Positions 46,832 to 58,689 of a stretch of DNA of 64,000 bases are shown piece after piece. The notes under the pieces are model-generated. The model made no database searches and was not told the origin of the DNA. It worked only from the letters and a program-made list of their open reading frames with translations. Position 1 is the stretch's first letter; every line of letters begins with the position of its first letter. The position numbers and the translations under genes are program-made. The DNA lies in the NCBI GenBank assembly GCA_004431415.1, contig QPMI01000116.1:62001-126000 (forward strand), written 5' to 3'. Source of the DNA: Cyanophora paradoxa CCMP329. Lineage: Eukaryota; Plantae; Glaucophyta.

Positions 46832-49800
46832 TCAAGCAGGGGCCATGCCGAGGTACCCCTTGAACTCCTCGATCAGCGCCCTCTGCGCGACGGGGCCGGG
46901 GCGCGCGAGATCTCAGCGGGGCAGGCGCAGGGGGCGGGGCGGGGCCGCCTCGCTAGCTATAGCTAGCTGTAGCTTAAAAGCACTCGTTAGGCCGATCAAG
47001 AGGGCTATTCAAGAGCCAAGGCCGATTAAGAGGGCAATCTAGGGGCCGGGCAGGCCTTTCTAGGGGCCGAGTGCCACGGTGGGGCCCATAAATTTAAGGC
47101 TTCAAGGGCCGATAAAGCTTTAAGAGCTGGCGGGGGCGGGGGGCGAGGGCGGGGCGGCGGTGGGCGGGCCTCCTCTGCGAGGTCGAGGTCTAAGGCGGCC
47201 GAGTCGGCCGCCTCGCCCCCGCCCCGCGCCAGCTCCGCCTCCATCTCCCAGTCCACAGGCCCCGCCGCCTCGGCCCCGGCAGGCCCTTCTTCTTCTGAGG
47301 AGGAGGAGGGGGCCTGCGCTCGGGGTCAGAAAGAAGAGAGAGGACACGGGGGTCTCGCGCGCGCGCCTCCTCCCCCTCGCCCCCTTCCTCCCTCGTTGTA
47401 GGCTCCGCCGCCACCTCCGCCGCTGTAGGCTCTGCATCCATCGCCTCGGCCGCCGGCGGCTCCGCGGCCGCCCCCGCCCCGCCCGAGCCCGAGCCCGAGC
47501 CTTCCGCCGCCCCCGCCGCCGCGGGCCCGGCGGCGCCCCCGCGCCCCTCCGCCAGCAGTATCTCCATCGCGCGCTCCGCCCCGTTGTCCGCCTGCCGAAA
47601 ACGGAACTCAGATCAGATCAGATCAGATCTGATCTGATCTGATCTGAGCTCAGGTGAGCGGACCGCGCGGAGGGCGCGCAGGGCGCGGCGCCGGGGGAAG
47701 CCCATCGCCACCAGCTCGCCCAGGGCCCCCGCGTCCACTGCGCCAAGTAAGGAGGATGTAGTAAAGGGTCAGGTAGGGTGTACCCGGGAGGCCCGAGGCG
47801 GTGCGCCCGAGGGCGGCCTCCTCGTCCCGCCGGCGCCGCCGCTCGGCCTCCTCGCGCCGCGCCGCCTCCCGCCGCCCCCGCTCCTCAAGCACCTGTCATT
47901 AGATTAGATTAGATTAGATCAGATCAGATCAGATTAGAGTCGGGCCTTCTCGGCGGCCACGTTGACGTGGCCCGAGGCCGCACGCAGCGCCCGCCGGCTC
48001 TCTGCGGTTAGGGATAAGGATTAGGGTTCGGGTTAGGGTTGGGTGGTCAAGGACGGACCGGCGGGGGAGAAGCCGAGGGCGAGGAGGGCGGCGAGGCTCT
48101 CGTCGGACACGGAGAAGCCTGCGGAAGGTAAGGGGGGGGGGGGAGTAAGGGGGTAGTGGGAAGAGACAGGGAGGGGGTTCGCGCACGCTTCGCGTCCTGG
48201 TCCGCCTCGGCGATGTAGCGCTTGGCCGGGCCGAGATCTGGTACCCGGTACCACGTCAGAGGGGAATTCGAAGGGGGTACGAGAGCAGGGAAATAAATCG
48301 CCGTACCCCCCTGGAGGAAGGCGGCGACCCCCTGCAGGGCCCGCAGGCGAACGTACAGAGCCATCTCCCCGCAGATCCCCTTGACCTGGAGGGGGGTACG
48401 GGTTCAAGAGATAGAGCTAGAGGGGGGGAAGAGAAGGGGGGTAGGGGAACCTGTAGAAGCCGCTCCATGCCGGGGCCGTGGGCCCTTCGGAGTCCCGCGT
48501 CCGCCTGCGGCCCCGCGCGCCTAAGATATGGAAATAAGTAAAGGGCGCCGCAGGGATTCGAACCCGGTCGAGCGTGGCCTTGGCGGACGCGATGTTCGCG
48601 CGGTCACCCAGCTTCCAGTACGCCCACACTGACGAGAGGGGGGTACGGAGTTGGGCGGCGCGGCGGCGGCTCGCGGAGGGGGTACCGATGTCGAGGCACA
48701 GGTAGGCCGGGTTGTCGATGGCATTCACGATCGAGTGCGGGCTGCGCGAGGGAAGCAATTGAGAAGAGGGGGGTACACGGCTTGGTGCATGAGCGGAGAG
48801 AACGCGCGAACCACTCTCGGAAGCAGCTGTCGGCGTGCTGCGCCCGGGGATGGGGGTACGGTAAGAAATCAAATGAGAAGAGGTCCTCCGGGGATTCGAA
48901 CCTGGAATATCTCGAGGGCCTCCTCGTAGTGGGGACGGGCCGCCTCCTTGCCCCCCGGCCCGCCCTCGGCCTTTCCGCCCCTCTCCATCGCCCTCCGCCC
49001 CTGCGCGCGCCCCGCTGAGGGGGGGAGAGGGGTACGTGCACGGATCCGGAAGGGGGGTACCTGGTCGTGGAGGAGGAGCCCCAGGGAGAGGGCCTTGCGC
49101 ACGTCGGCGGGCAGATCCACCTGCACACAAGTCAAACGAGCCGGGAGCGATAGAGGCAGCGGCGGCGGGATTCGATCCGCGGGGGCGCGCGCACGGGCTT
49201 CCCGTTCTGGTCGTTGAGCTCGAAGTAGTAGTTCTCGTGGCGGGAGCGGCCGCCGTCCTGCCGCCGCGCCATCGACTCCGCCGCCGCCACGATCCGTGCG
49301 ACCCGCGCGTGCGCCGTCTCCTCCGGGGCTGCCGCCGCCGCCGCCGGAGCCGGGGCCGGAGCCGAGGACGAGGACGAGGGCGAGGACGGCGTCGCGGGCG
49401 CGGCCTTCAGGACGAGGACCTTGTCGCCCGGCTTGACGCCGCGCTCGGAGAGCTTCTGGTCGCAGTTCTCCAGCGTGCGGCCCTTGCACAGCAGCTTCAC
49501 CTGACCGCCGGCAGCCGCGGTTCAGTCGGCTCGGGCGCGCGGCCCGAGCGGTTGCGGTGGCGCGGATGGAGGCGCGCGACAGGAACCTCACCTCGGATCC
49601 AACGAGCTCCGCGACGCGGGCTCGGAGCGTCTCTGCGCGGGGCCGTCGAGTCAGTGGTTCTGCGATCGAGCGCCAAGAACGCCGCTTGGCCGTTGCGTTC
49701 CTCCCGAGCGCGTGTACGCGCGTCAGGCGGGCATCCTGATTCCATAGCTAGATGCACGCGTGCCGATCCCGTCCGTATGAACACGCACTTCCCGTCTCAG

Positions 49801-49891
49801 CGTCAAGGTCGACTTGCAGCGACTTCGAGCATGCTCCGGTGAGTTGTAATGACGTCGCGGCACCCTCCGCCTGGCCCTGCGAGCTCGCCAT
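46832..49891 (-). CDS. NUB1: NEDD8 ultimate buster 1 (UBL + UBA domains)
   Basis: UBL VKLLCKGRTL..LSERGVKPGDKVLVL; YFELNDQNG; RKALSLGLLLH; IDNPAYLCLDIVWAY; LYVRLRALQGV; UBA LLALGFSPAESRRALR and LVAMGF; C-terminal LDLDLAEE..ALIEEFKGYL. Confidence 0.88.
47609..47648. repeat. Intronic inverted pentamer microsatellite (AGATC)n(TGATC)n
   Basis: cagatcagatcagatcagatctgatctgatctgatctg; similar tracts at 32860-32920 and 47897-47935. Confidence 0.9.
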
Positions 49892-49975
49892 TCCAGGTCG
49901 ACCGACTTTGCGCACCGGTACCCCTCGGCCGAAGTTCACTGCAAGCTCAGCTCGTGATCCCTCGAGCAATTCGCG
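49892..49975. promoter_or_regulatory. Putative bidirectional promoter between NUB1 and the FxFxP gene
   Basis: Divergent start codons 84 bp apart. Confidence 0.45.
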
Positions 49976-51175
49976 ATGGGCTTCCCCCAAGAGAGCGGCA
50001 AGAAGGTGCGGGCGAGCCCGGACGCCCCGCGTGCGGGTGCACCGGAAGTCACGCCGCTGCCGCGCTGGCGCGGTTAGCCACGAGCACAAGGGAATCCGTA
50101 TCAATGCCTCGCGCAGATCGAGGGAGTGCCGAATCCAGAACTCACCTTCAAGCCGAGTCGAAAAAACGCTCTGAGGGCGGCGTCCTACGAGCCGAAGCTC
50201 GAGGTGCGGCTGGGTTTGGCGTCTGCGGGCGTCATTACAGAGCTTAGGATGCGAGCTAACGCCGCGCGCCCTGGCGCCCGCACTCCGACTCAATCGCGTA
50301 TCTAGCTCGGAGCCCCAGCCAGACATACGCATCCGGTCGCAGACTCGCGGCGCCAGGGGGCCGCTGCGGGGATAACTGAGTCGCATCCTAGCTTCCGATA
50401 CGCGCGTAATAACTCTAAGCAGGCACCGTCGGCCACCGCCGCTTCCTGGCGCCTCGCTGACCGCTGACCGCTTCCCGCGGCAGGCGCTGAAGCCACACCA
50501 GGCGCGCTCGCCGACGCGTTACGAGGACCCGCCGCTGCCCTTCCCCTTCCAGCCCGTTCTGGACGCATCGGCCGTGCGGCGGCCCTACCGCGCGCCTCTG
50601 GAGCCCGTCGCCACGCGCGTGCACCGCGAGGAGCCGCCCCCGCCCAACTTCCCGTTCGCCCCGGATTTCGCCGGGGTACGCGCCTCCTTGTCCAAGCCCG
50701 CGGTCTCCCGCCGGGCGCCGGTCGTACCCCGCCAGTCAAAGGCGCCCCCGCCCGCCCCTCTCCCCTTCACCTTCTCCCCCTCCCGCGCCGTCGCGATTGC
50801 GGAGGTTCGTCGCGATCGGAGCCCGCCGCGGCCCCTCACCGAGCGCCGCAATGTGCGTATACGTACCCCCCGCCAGTCTTCTCCGCCGTACCCCTGATCC
50901 GTCCCCAGATTCCCGTCGAGCTGCCCCCCCTGCCCTTCTCCTTCAAGCCCGATCGTCACGCGGTACCCCCCTCCCCGTCCCGCATTCCCGTACCCCCCTC
51001 AAGTGCGACCGCGATGCAGGCGATCCGGAGCGTGACGCGACCGAAGACTGTGCCCCCCGCGCCCGTCGTCCCCCGGAGGCGGCCGCAGGATTTGATCCGC
51101 TCCATGCCCGCCCCCGGATCCTCCGGAGCCGGCGTACCCGGGTTGGGCGGGGAGGTCGGCACCATTCCGGAGTGA
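49976..51175 (+). CDS. Pro/Arg-rich protein with recurrent FxFxP motifs
   Basis: In-phase spliced model MGFPQESGKK|IEGVPNPELTFKP..LPFPFQP..NFPFAP..LPFTFSP..LPFSFKP..GTIPE stop; mostly absent from the ORF track. Confidence 0.6.
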
Positions 51176-51596
51176 CCTGCGGCCCTACCCCCGTGCCCGC
51201 ACCTCGCGGATCGCTAACTAGCCCTCTAGATTTGCGCTTTTTTGATCGATCTTGCAATTTTGCTTATTGCTGACACCCTACGTATTTATAAGATACTAGC
51301 TTTAGGCTGTAGCTAGGTCGTACACTAGGTCGCTTTTGTTCCTCGAACTCGTCATGCATTTTTCGTCCCCTTGTCTCAACTTGCAATGCGTGCCTCCTGT
51401 GCAGGGCAGCTCGCTTGTATACGTACTGTATTCTTCTTAATTTGAAGGATCGTATCATGTATAAAACTAGAGCGCGGCAGATCTAGACTAATTATAGGCC
51501 TCCTCCACGCGCGGCTCGGGCCGGGGGCGGGACCGGACTCGAGGGACCGGGCGGTTTACGCGGGCGGCGGCGCCTCCGGATACCCACTCGTCGCCC

Positions 51597-53697
51597 TCAA
51601 TGGTGCCCGGGGTCGAATCCGCCCGCGGCCGCGCCGCCGGGGTTCCCGTGAACATTCGGAATGCCGCCCTCGCCCTCGCCCGCGCCGCCGCCGCCGCCGC
51701 CTCCGCCTCCGCCGTTGCCGCCGTGACCGCCGCCGTTGCCGACGCTGCTCACGCCGTCGCCGGCCGGGGCGAGGGCGGCGATGGGGGGGAGGTGCGGCTC
51801 GCCCCCGCCCCCGTGGTGGTGAGGCTGCACGGGCCCAATGTCCCCAAAGGGGCGGTACCCCTGCATCATCGCCGCGGGGGGGCCGAAGCCCGGCATGAAG
51901 GGTCCCGCAGGCCCCGCAAAGTGCGGCGTGAGCGGCAGCGGCGGCGGCGGCGGCTGCGGCGGCGGCGGCCCGTGCTGCCCGTGCTGCGGGTGCATGGCCG
52001 GGACGGGGACCAGAGGCACGGCTCCATCGCCGGCGCCCGGCTCGCCCATCGCCGCCTGCTGCGCCTGGGCGTCGCGGCTCTGCGAGCCGCGGCGCGACCC
52101 GCGGCCCGAGCGGCCCCGCGGCCGCCGGAGGAGGGAGACGGCGTCGCCGCTCCGCCGCCGCCGCCGGCGCCGCCGACGCCGCCGGCGCGCGTCGGCGATG
52201 CTATTGCGGACGGGAAACTGCCGCGGGGCCGCGTCAGGGCTGGAGAGGGGGGGGGGGGGGGGGAGCGGACCCGCCGTACGCGAACTGAGCGAGGGAGTGT
52301 GCGGCGGGCCGGTCGATGTCGCGGGACGGGTCGTGGTCGGGGTGGGGGGCGAAGCCGCCGGCGAGGTAGGCGGGAGGGGGCGGGGGCGGGTACGGCGGCA
52401 TCGGGTGCCCCGCGGGGCCCATCTGCATGCCGTACCCGGGCGGCATTCCGGAGGTGTTGGGGTAGGGGTACACCGCCACCAGGGCGGGGAAGCAGGCGCC
52501 TGGGGAGCCGGAGTCCCGGGAGGCCACTATGTACCCGTAGCAGAGGCTGGGCGGGGGCGGGGCGCCGGAGGCGTAGCCGTACGGGGGGTACCCGATGTGG
52601 ACCTGGTAGGGGGGTGCCTCCATGAGGGCGGCGGCGGGCAGAGGCCCGTAGAAGGAGCCGGGGAACGGCCGGTGGGGGGGTATGGGGGGGTGGGGGAGTC
52701 CGTGGGGGACGCTGCTGGGCCCGGGTGGCGGGGGCGGCGGCGGCGGCGGCGGCGGCGGCGGGCTCGAGGGGTACCCCCCCGCGGACGATCCGCGCTCCAT
52801 CGGCTCTGCAGGCGGGCGTGGCGCGCGCGTGAGCGAGGGGCGGGGGCGGGGCGCGGAGCGGGCGAGCGGGCGGGCGGGCGAGCGGACCGCCTTCCCCCTT
52901 CCGCTTCTTCGACGTGGCGCGGGCCTTGACGTATACCCTCAGAACGCCCCGCGGCATACGCATGGGATCCAAGGAAGCCACCTCCAGCACGAACCACCGC
53001 TTGTTGTGCAGGTACTGCGCGCGAGCGCCGCGCGTCAGCGGCGGCAGGCGCGCGGGTCGCGCGCGGCGCAGCGCGCGACCGCACCGAGGTGGCGGCAAGC
53101 GTGAACGTCGCGTCGATTTCCCCCGTATCCGTCACAAACGACTGGATGTCTGTGACGGGCAGCGGCGCGTTGTAGGCACCCTGCGGCGCGGTAAGCTGTG
53201 AGCGCGGCGGCCTGCGGGCGGAGAGCTGCAGCCGGACACGCGCGCCTTGATCAGTGCTAGCGGGAGCTCGTCCGCGCCTGGGCGCTTGAGCAGTACGGGC
53301 GTGTTGTCCTCGGCTGCAGGCGGCACCGCGGTCAAAGGGACGCGATGGCGGGCTGCGGGCGTGCGGGTGGCGGTGCGGAGGTGGAAGCGAACCGTATCGC
53401 AGCATAATGCGCACGGGGCAGTCAGTCCAGTAGGAAGGGTTCTCGTGCGGGGCCAGCTTCAGCCGGAGCAGCTGCTCGCTCGTGAGCACGATCTTCGACA
53501 GCATAGGCCCCTCCATCTCCGCCTCGCAAGGGCTGTAGTAGCTCTTGACTCCCTTCACAGTTTCTGTCTTGTACAAGTTTCGCCTGCGTGGCGCGTGGGT
53601 TGAGCGCGTCGAAGCAGCTGATTGACTCGAATCGGCGGAGGCCGACGCACTTCAATAGGATGAAAGTGCAACCGTTCTGCTGCATCATGCTCGACAT
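51597..53697 (-). CDS. Probable transcription factor (beta-rich N-terminal domain, KKRK NLS, Pro/His/Gly-rich tail)
   Basis: Spliced MSSMMQQNGCTFILLK|RNLYKTE..DATFTLAATS-YLHNKRWFVLEV..VYVKARATSKKRK, followed by a long PPY/PPP/HHH low-complexity region. Confidence 0.55.
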
Positions 53698-54279
53698 GGA
53701 GTGTCGTGGCTCTGAGATCGCGGCGCCCGGGCCATCGGGCCAGGGCGGGCCGTGGGTCGGCCCGCCTTCTTGGTGTCCTGCGGCTCTCGTTTATCGCGAA
53801 GCCGCTCGCAGGCTAGGAATCGCAGCGCGGTCCTCGGGCTCACCGTTTTCCTCCTGGGAATCCAGCTTCGCGATTCGGCAAGTCGTGGCTAATGTACCTT
53901 CCTACCTTCCTTCCTGATAGCTACAACGAGAAGCGAATTCCGGGGCGCTCGGAGCCTCGCACCCTAGCTGCTCGACTCTCGGCGTGGGGGGTACGGGCAA
54001 GGAGCAACCCATGACCTCGAGCTCGCGCTCGATTTCGTTAGCTCGAGCGCCAAGGCTCAGAGCTCGAGCTCGAACGCTTTCCACGCTGCGCATGCGCATG
54101 CCGTCATGCACTGCGGCAGTCTGCGCATCGCGAGCGCGTGCTTCTTACGCACCCGTGGCATTTGCAAGACTCCCAGCAAGGCGTTTGCAAGCAGCTGATG
54201 CATTTGCACGACGTCGACGGCGCGGCCGGGCGGGGCCTGTAGCGTCTAGATCTAGATGTGCTGAAATTCTAGATCTTGC

Positions 54280-56351
54280 CTATAGGCTCGCGAGTTCGAT
54301 CGCGGGGGCCCGCGGCCCCGCGGCCGCGGCCGCAGCCGCGAAGATGCCGAGGTCGACGGCGCGGAACATGGCCTCGTGGCCCGCCCCGTTCGGGTGCGCC
54401 GCGTCGAACCAGAGGCCAGGCTGAGGATGAGGAGCGGCCTCAGAAAGGATGAGAGGATCGCTGAATCGGTGAGCCGTGATCTTACCTTCCAGCGCCCGGA
54501 CCCGTCGTGGAGGGCCGGGAGCCAGTCGAGGACGGGTACCCCCAGCCGCACCATCGCCGCGTGCGAACGTAGGAGGAAAGGCACGTGCTGCGCGCACGGG
54601 GTACCGTTGATGAAGGGCGGGAGGAGGGGAAGTGCGGGTACGCGGCCGCCGTGCGCGCGCCTCGGGCCCGTAGTCGCCGTGGGGGTACACGCCGCCGAGG
54701 ACCGGCCGCGCCCCGATGTTTCTCACCTGATCCGAGCCGGGGGGGGTAGGCGGATTAGTATCGGCAAGCCAGGAAAGATTTGATCTGGGGCGACTCGAGC
54801 TCGGGCGGGCGCGGACCATGGAGACTAGCCGGGCGATTCCCGCATCGAAAGCGGATGCCACGTGCGGCCGCTCCCCGGGGGTACAGTGCGCCAGGCCCTG
54901 CGAATCGAGCAAGATTCCGGTGGGGTACGAAGAGGGGCAGGGCGGGGTACGGGGCGGGCCTCGTTTCCGAGGGAGAGGCCGACGATCACGACGTCGGGCC
55001 TCAGCGGCGCCACCTGCGCATGAGGGGGGTACGTGGTTTTCGTTCGGGGTACGCGGGAAAGGTGAGCGGGGTACGCGCCTCGGACGGGAAGCGCGCAGCG
55101 GTCCTGGCCGTGTCCGCGCCTGCCGGCAAACGATTGAGAACGAGGGGGGTACGGCGCTGGCAAGGGCCTGCGTCGGGGAGGGGGGGAAGGGGGGGGGGGG
55201 AAGGCGGGGGGGGAACCGGGCTCGGAGACATTGAGGACGACGTGCCCCGCGGGCCGCAGCGCCTCTGCGAGAAGGTACGCCCAGCCCCTGGTGGGGGGTA
55301 CGAGGTTACGGGGCGCGGGGGGTACGAGGCCGGATGGGGGCACCGGTGCAACCAGCAGGCGTGTCCCGCCGCCACGCTCGAGCCGATTACGACGATCTGA
55401 GGGGTACGGTGCTGTTATGGTTCGACGTGGCGAGGGCGGGGATACGCAGGCAGCGAGCCTTCAGCGCCCCGGGGGACGGCTCCGGGAGAGGGTACGGAAG
55501 CGGAACGCACGCCTCCTCCCCGTCCCTCCAGCCCCGGGGGCACGGCTTCGGGGGGTACGGGGTCAGAGCCGGCCCCCTAAACCAAGGGGGAGGGGAAGGG
55601 ATGGGGGTACAGGCACCTGGACCTCGCCGAAGGTGCCGTCGTCCACCGTGACGTCACCCTCCTCCGCGGGTACCCACCTGCGCGGCCGGCCGGCCGGCCA
55701 GGCCCCGATTCGGCTCCAAAGAAGGAGGGCCTAGGATCCTCAAGCCTGGGCTAATTTTATCTTCGAGAAGCGCTAGCCGAGGGGCGCACCGGCGGGGCCT
55801 GCCCTCGCCCTCCCAGCAGACGAGCGCGCCGCTGTCCGCTTTGATTTTCACGTAGCTGTACTCCAAGCGCTCTGCGGGGCGGCCCGGCGGGACCCATGAG
55901 GAGCCGAGGGGGGCCGGGGCGGGGCGGGGCGGGGCGCGGAGGGGTAGAGCGAGGGTCCGGCGGGCCGCGCACCCGACACTGGCACCTTCTCTGAGGAGCA
56001 CCAGAGGGGGTACATGCCTCGCCCCGTGCGGAGGCGCAGCGCCCTGCCGACGTCCCTGCACAGACATCCCCGCGCGCGAGTGAGGGAAGTGGGGCCCGGC
56101 GCGGGGGCGTTGGGAGCAGACCAGGAGCCGAGGGCGGGGATTGACCCGACGAGGGCGACGGCCTCGCCGGGCGCCACCTCCGCGCACACTAGGAACCTGT
56201 AGCGGCCCGCGGGCGCCTGCGCGGGCCCGCGATGATGAGCTGATGGGACGCTAAACAGGCGAGAGGGGCGCGCGGCTTCGATCTCACAAGAGAGGCTCAC
56301 CGAGGTCGAGGGCAGCGCATGCGCGGCCCGCCCGGCGCCATCCGAATCCAT
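54280..56351 (-). CDS. CBM20 starch-binding domain fused to SGNH/GDSL hydrolase
   Basis: CBM20: GEAVALVGSIPALGSW..ALRL..YPLW..LEYSYVK..WEGEGRPRR. SGNH blocks: IVVIGSSVAAG, NVSEPG, PDVVIVGLSLGNE, FDAAHPNGAGH. Confidence 0.85.
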
Positions 56352-57031
56352 GGCGCGTGTGGGTTCGCTTCTACGCGATACGGCGTGCGCGACAACTTAG
56401 AACGAAGCGCGGATGCTGCAGCGCTGTGTCAAGCACTAGCAGATGAATCGAAATCGCCTGCAGGCACCTGCCCGCCACGGCCGGGTTGCCGGGCTCAGCG
56501 CTCGCGCTTGAGTTTCAATTCTCCGCGCACTACTCGCGCGCGTGCTCTGGCTCGTCTCCGGAGCGCTCTAGCACTTGGACCAGCTCAAGCTCGGGCAATC
56601 TAGCTAAGCGGCTCACGAGCAAGTTGCCGCTTGTCCCGATGTCCCGGTCCGCCGGGGTACGGCAGTCAAAGTCGCAAGCGCAAGCGGGACGTCGACGCAA
56701 GCGGGGCTCTTCAAAAGTGCTGTTGGCGGAGATCTCGTGCCAGCTAACAAGTACTAGCTCTCAGAGCACTCGCCTACCGTCCACGGCCCACCACAGTTCT
56801 CGCGGCAGCTGCAGCTAGCAGGGCTCTGGGAGCGCCAACAACCCATACGACCGCCAGAGGCTTCCTCACGGCCTGTGGCCTTGACCCTGGAGCGGCAGGG
56901 CCCTGGAGTTCGCTGACCGTGCCGAGGCGGCTGCAGCAGGCGCCCAACGAGCTTATGCTTTGACTGCGAGGCCACTGGGCCGCCCGGCGAGCCATAGCTA
57001 AGCCATCGGCACTGCGGCAGCGGTAGCAAAG

Positions 57032-57460
57032 ATGCGCCGAGCGAGCTTAGGCTTCTTCCTCTTCTTTAGCGTCGGGCACATCATCCTCGCCAGCATCTCT
57101 CTGTGCGTTTTCAGGTTTCTCGGTGGCTCTGAATGCGGCCGCCGCGCCTGATCCGCGCCGCGAGCTCCGTCGATGGCGCCGCGTCCGCGAGCTGCGGCTG
57201 ACTGGCCTGGCCGCAGGGCGACGGCGAACTGGACCACCTTCAGCACGTCGCTGGGGCAGAGCTGCAGCTTCAACTTCGGCCTGCTGGGCTTCCGGGTGCG
57301 CCGCTCGGCCGCCGCTGCGAATGCTCCGCGGCCTCACGCGCGCCCGCGCGCTCCCGCCTCCGCCCGGGCGCAGTTCGCCGGCTGCAACTCGATCTTCTCC
57401 CCGGGCAACATCCTGGCCCCCGCCTACGTCCCCGGTCCGTGCCGCCGACCTCCCGCTCCG

Positions 57461-57494
<34 letters not shown>

Positions 57495-58593
57495 CACCCG
57501 CCCCGTCCGCAGGCTCCATTGTGGTCTCCAGCGTCCCGCTGACCCCGTTCATCGACGGGTACTACCTCTACGAGCAGTGCCAGGACGCTTCGTTCGCAAA
57601 GGGCGGCTGCCGCGAGGCGTACCTGGCCGGCCGCTCCGCCCTGGGCCTCCAGGTCCCGGCCGTGCGCCCGCCCGGCCCTGTACCCCCCCAGAAATTCAAA
57701 TTCAAATTAAAATTCAAATTCAGATCGTCTTCCAAGCGATCGCTGCGATCCTCTCCTGCGTCGTGGCGCGGCGGCCCGGGCCCACGTACCCCTCCGCCTA
57801 CTGGCTCACGTTCCTCTCGGTTCTCAACAGCGGCTTCCTGATGCCAGCCGGGCTCCTCCTATGGCTCCTTATGGCCCACTTTCCCCTCCTGGACGCCTCC
57901 TCCACCTCGCTTTCGGCGTACCCCTGGCGCTTCCGAAGCACCCTGGACTTCAGCTTCGCGGTGGACGCGGCCGCCTGCGGCTTCTGCCTCGTCGCGGCGG
58001 CCCTCAGCGTGTCGCCCTCGGTCGAGGGGTACAGGTTCCAAGCGGAGGAGGCGGCGGAGCGGGAGCGGAGGCGGCAGGAGCAGATCCTGTCGCTCACCAA
58101 GGGGGTGGAGGCAACCGGCGCATCGGCGGGGCGCGGCAAGCCGCCGCCGCCGCCGATGCCGCTGGACGGCGAGGGGCGCATGCGGCCCGTCGCTGTGCTC
58201 AGCATGGGCGACGGGGAGATGATGCCCGAGCGGGCGACCAAGAGCCGGGTGCGGCTCGGCTGGGCGGAGGAGGCCGAGGAGACGCCGGGCAAGCCCGGCG
58301 GCGACGCGGCGGAGGCGGCGGCGGCGGCCGATCGGGCGGCGAGCAGGCGGTCGCTTCAGTCGGAGAACGAGGGGGGAGGAGGCGGGGGCAAGGCATCGCG
58401 GGCGGCGAGCCGCAAGTCGATCAAGTTCGACTCGGATGCGGAGGAGGGGCGCGGGGCGGAGCCGGCGGGCCCGGGGGGCGGCAGGGCCGGCGGCGGCGGG
58501 GGGGAGTACCGAACGGCCTCTCGCTCCTCCATGTCCCGCGCCCAGTCCGTCAAGAGCCTGAAGGAGGCCGAGCAGAACCACCTGTGGCCCTAG
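57032..58593 (+). CDS. Four-TM membrane protein, claudin/PMP22-like topology, with charged cytoplasmic tail
   Basis: TM1 GFFLFFSVGHIILASISL; loop NWTTF..FGLLGF..C..C; three more hydrophobic segments; tail ERERRRQEQ..HLWP stop. Start codon uncertain. Confidence 0.6.
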
Positions 58594-58689
58594 CTCCTCC
58601 TCAGATGAACTTTCTCTTGTGCTTAGATCTCATCGTAACTAGTTACTAGTACTAGTGTTTCTTCTGTCTGTCGGCGTGCACGAACCTAG

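Noticed and set aside
48553-48901. tRNA genes suggested by GGTTCGAATCCC
   Set aside because: No acceptor stem, D-arm or A-box; the upstream sequence is NUB1 coding exon.
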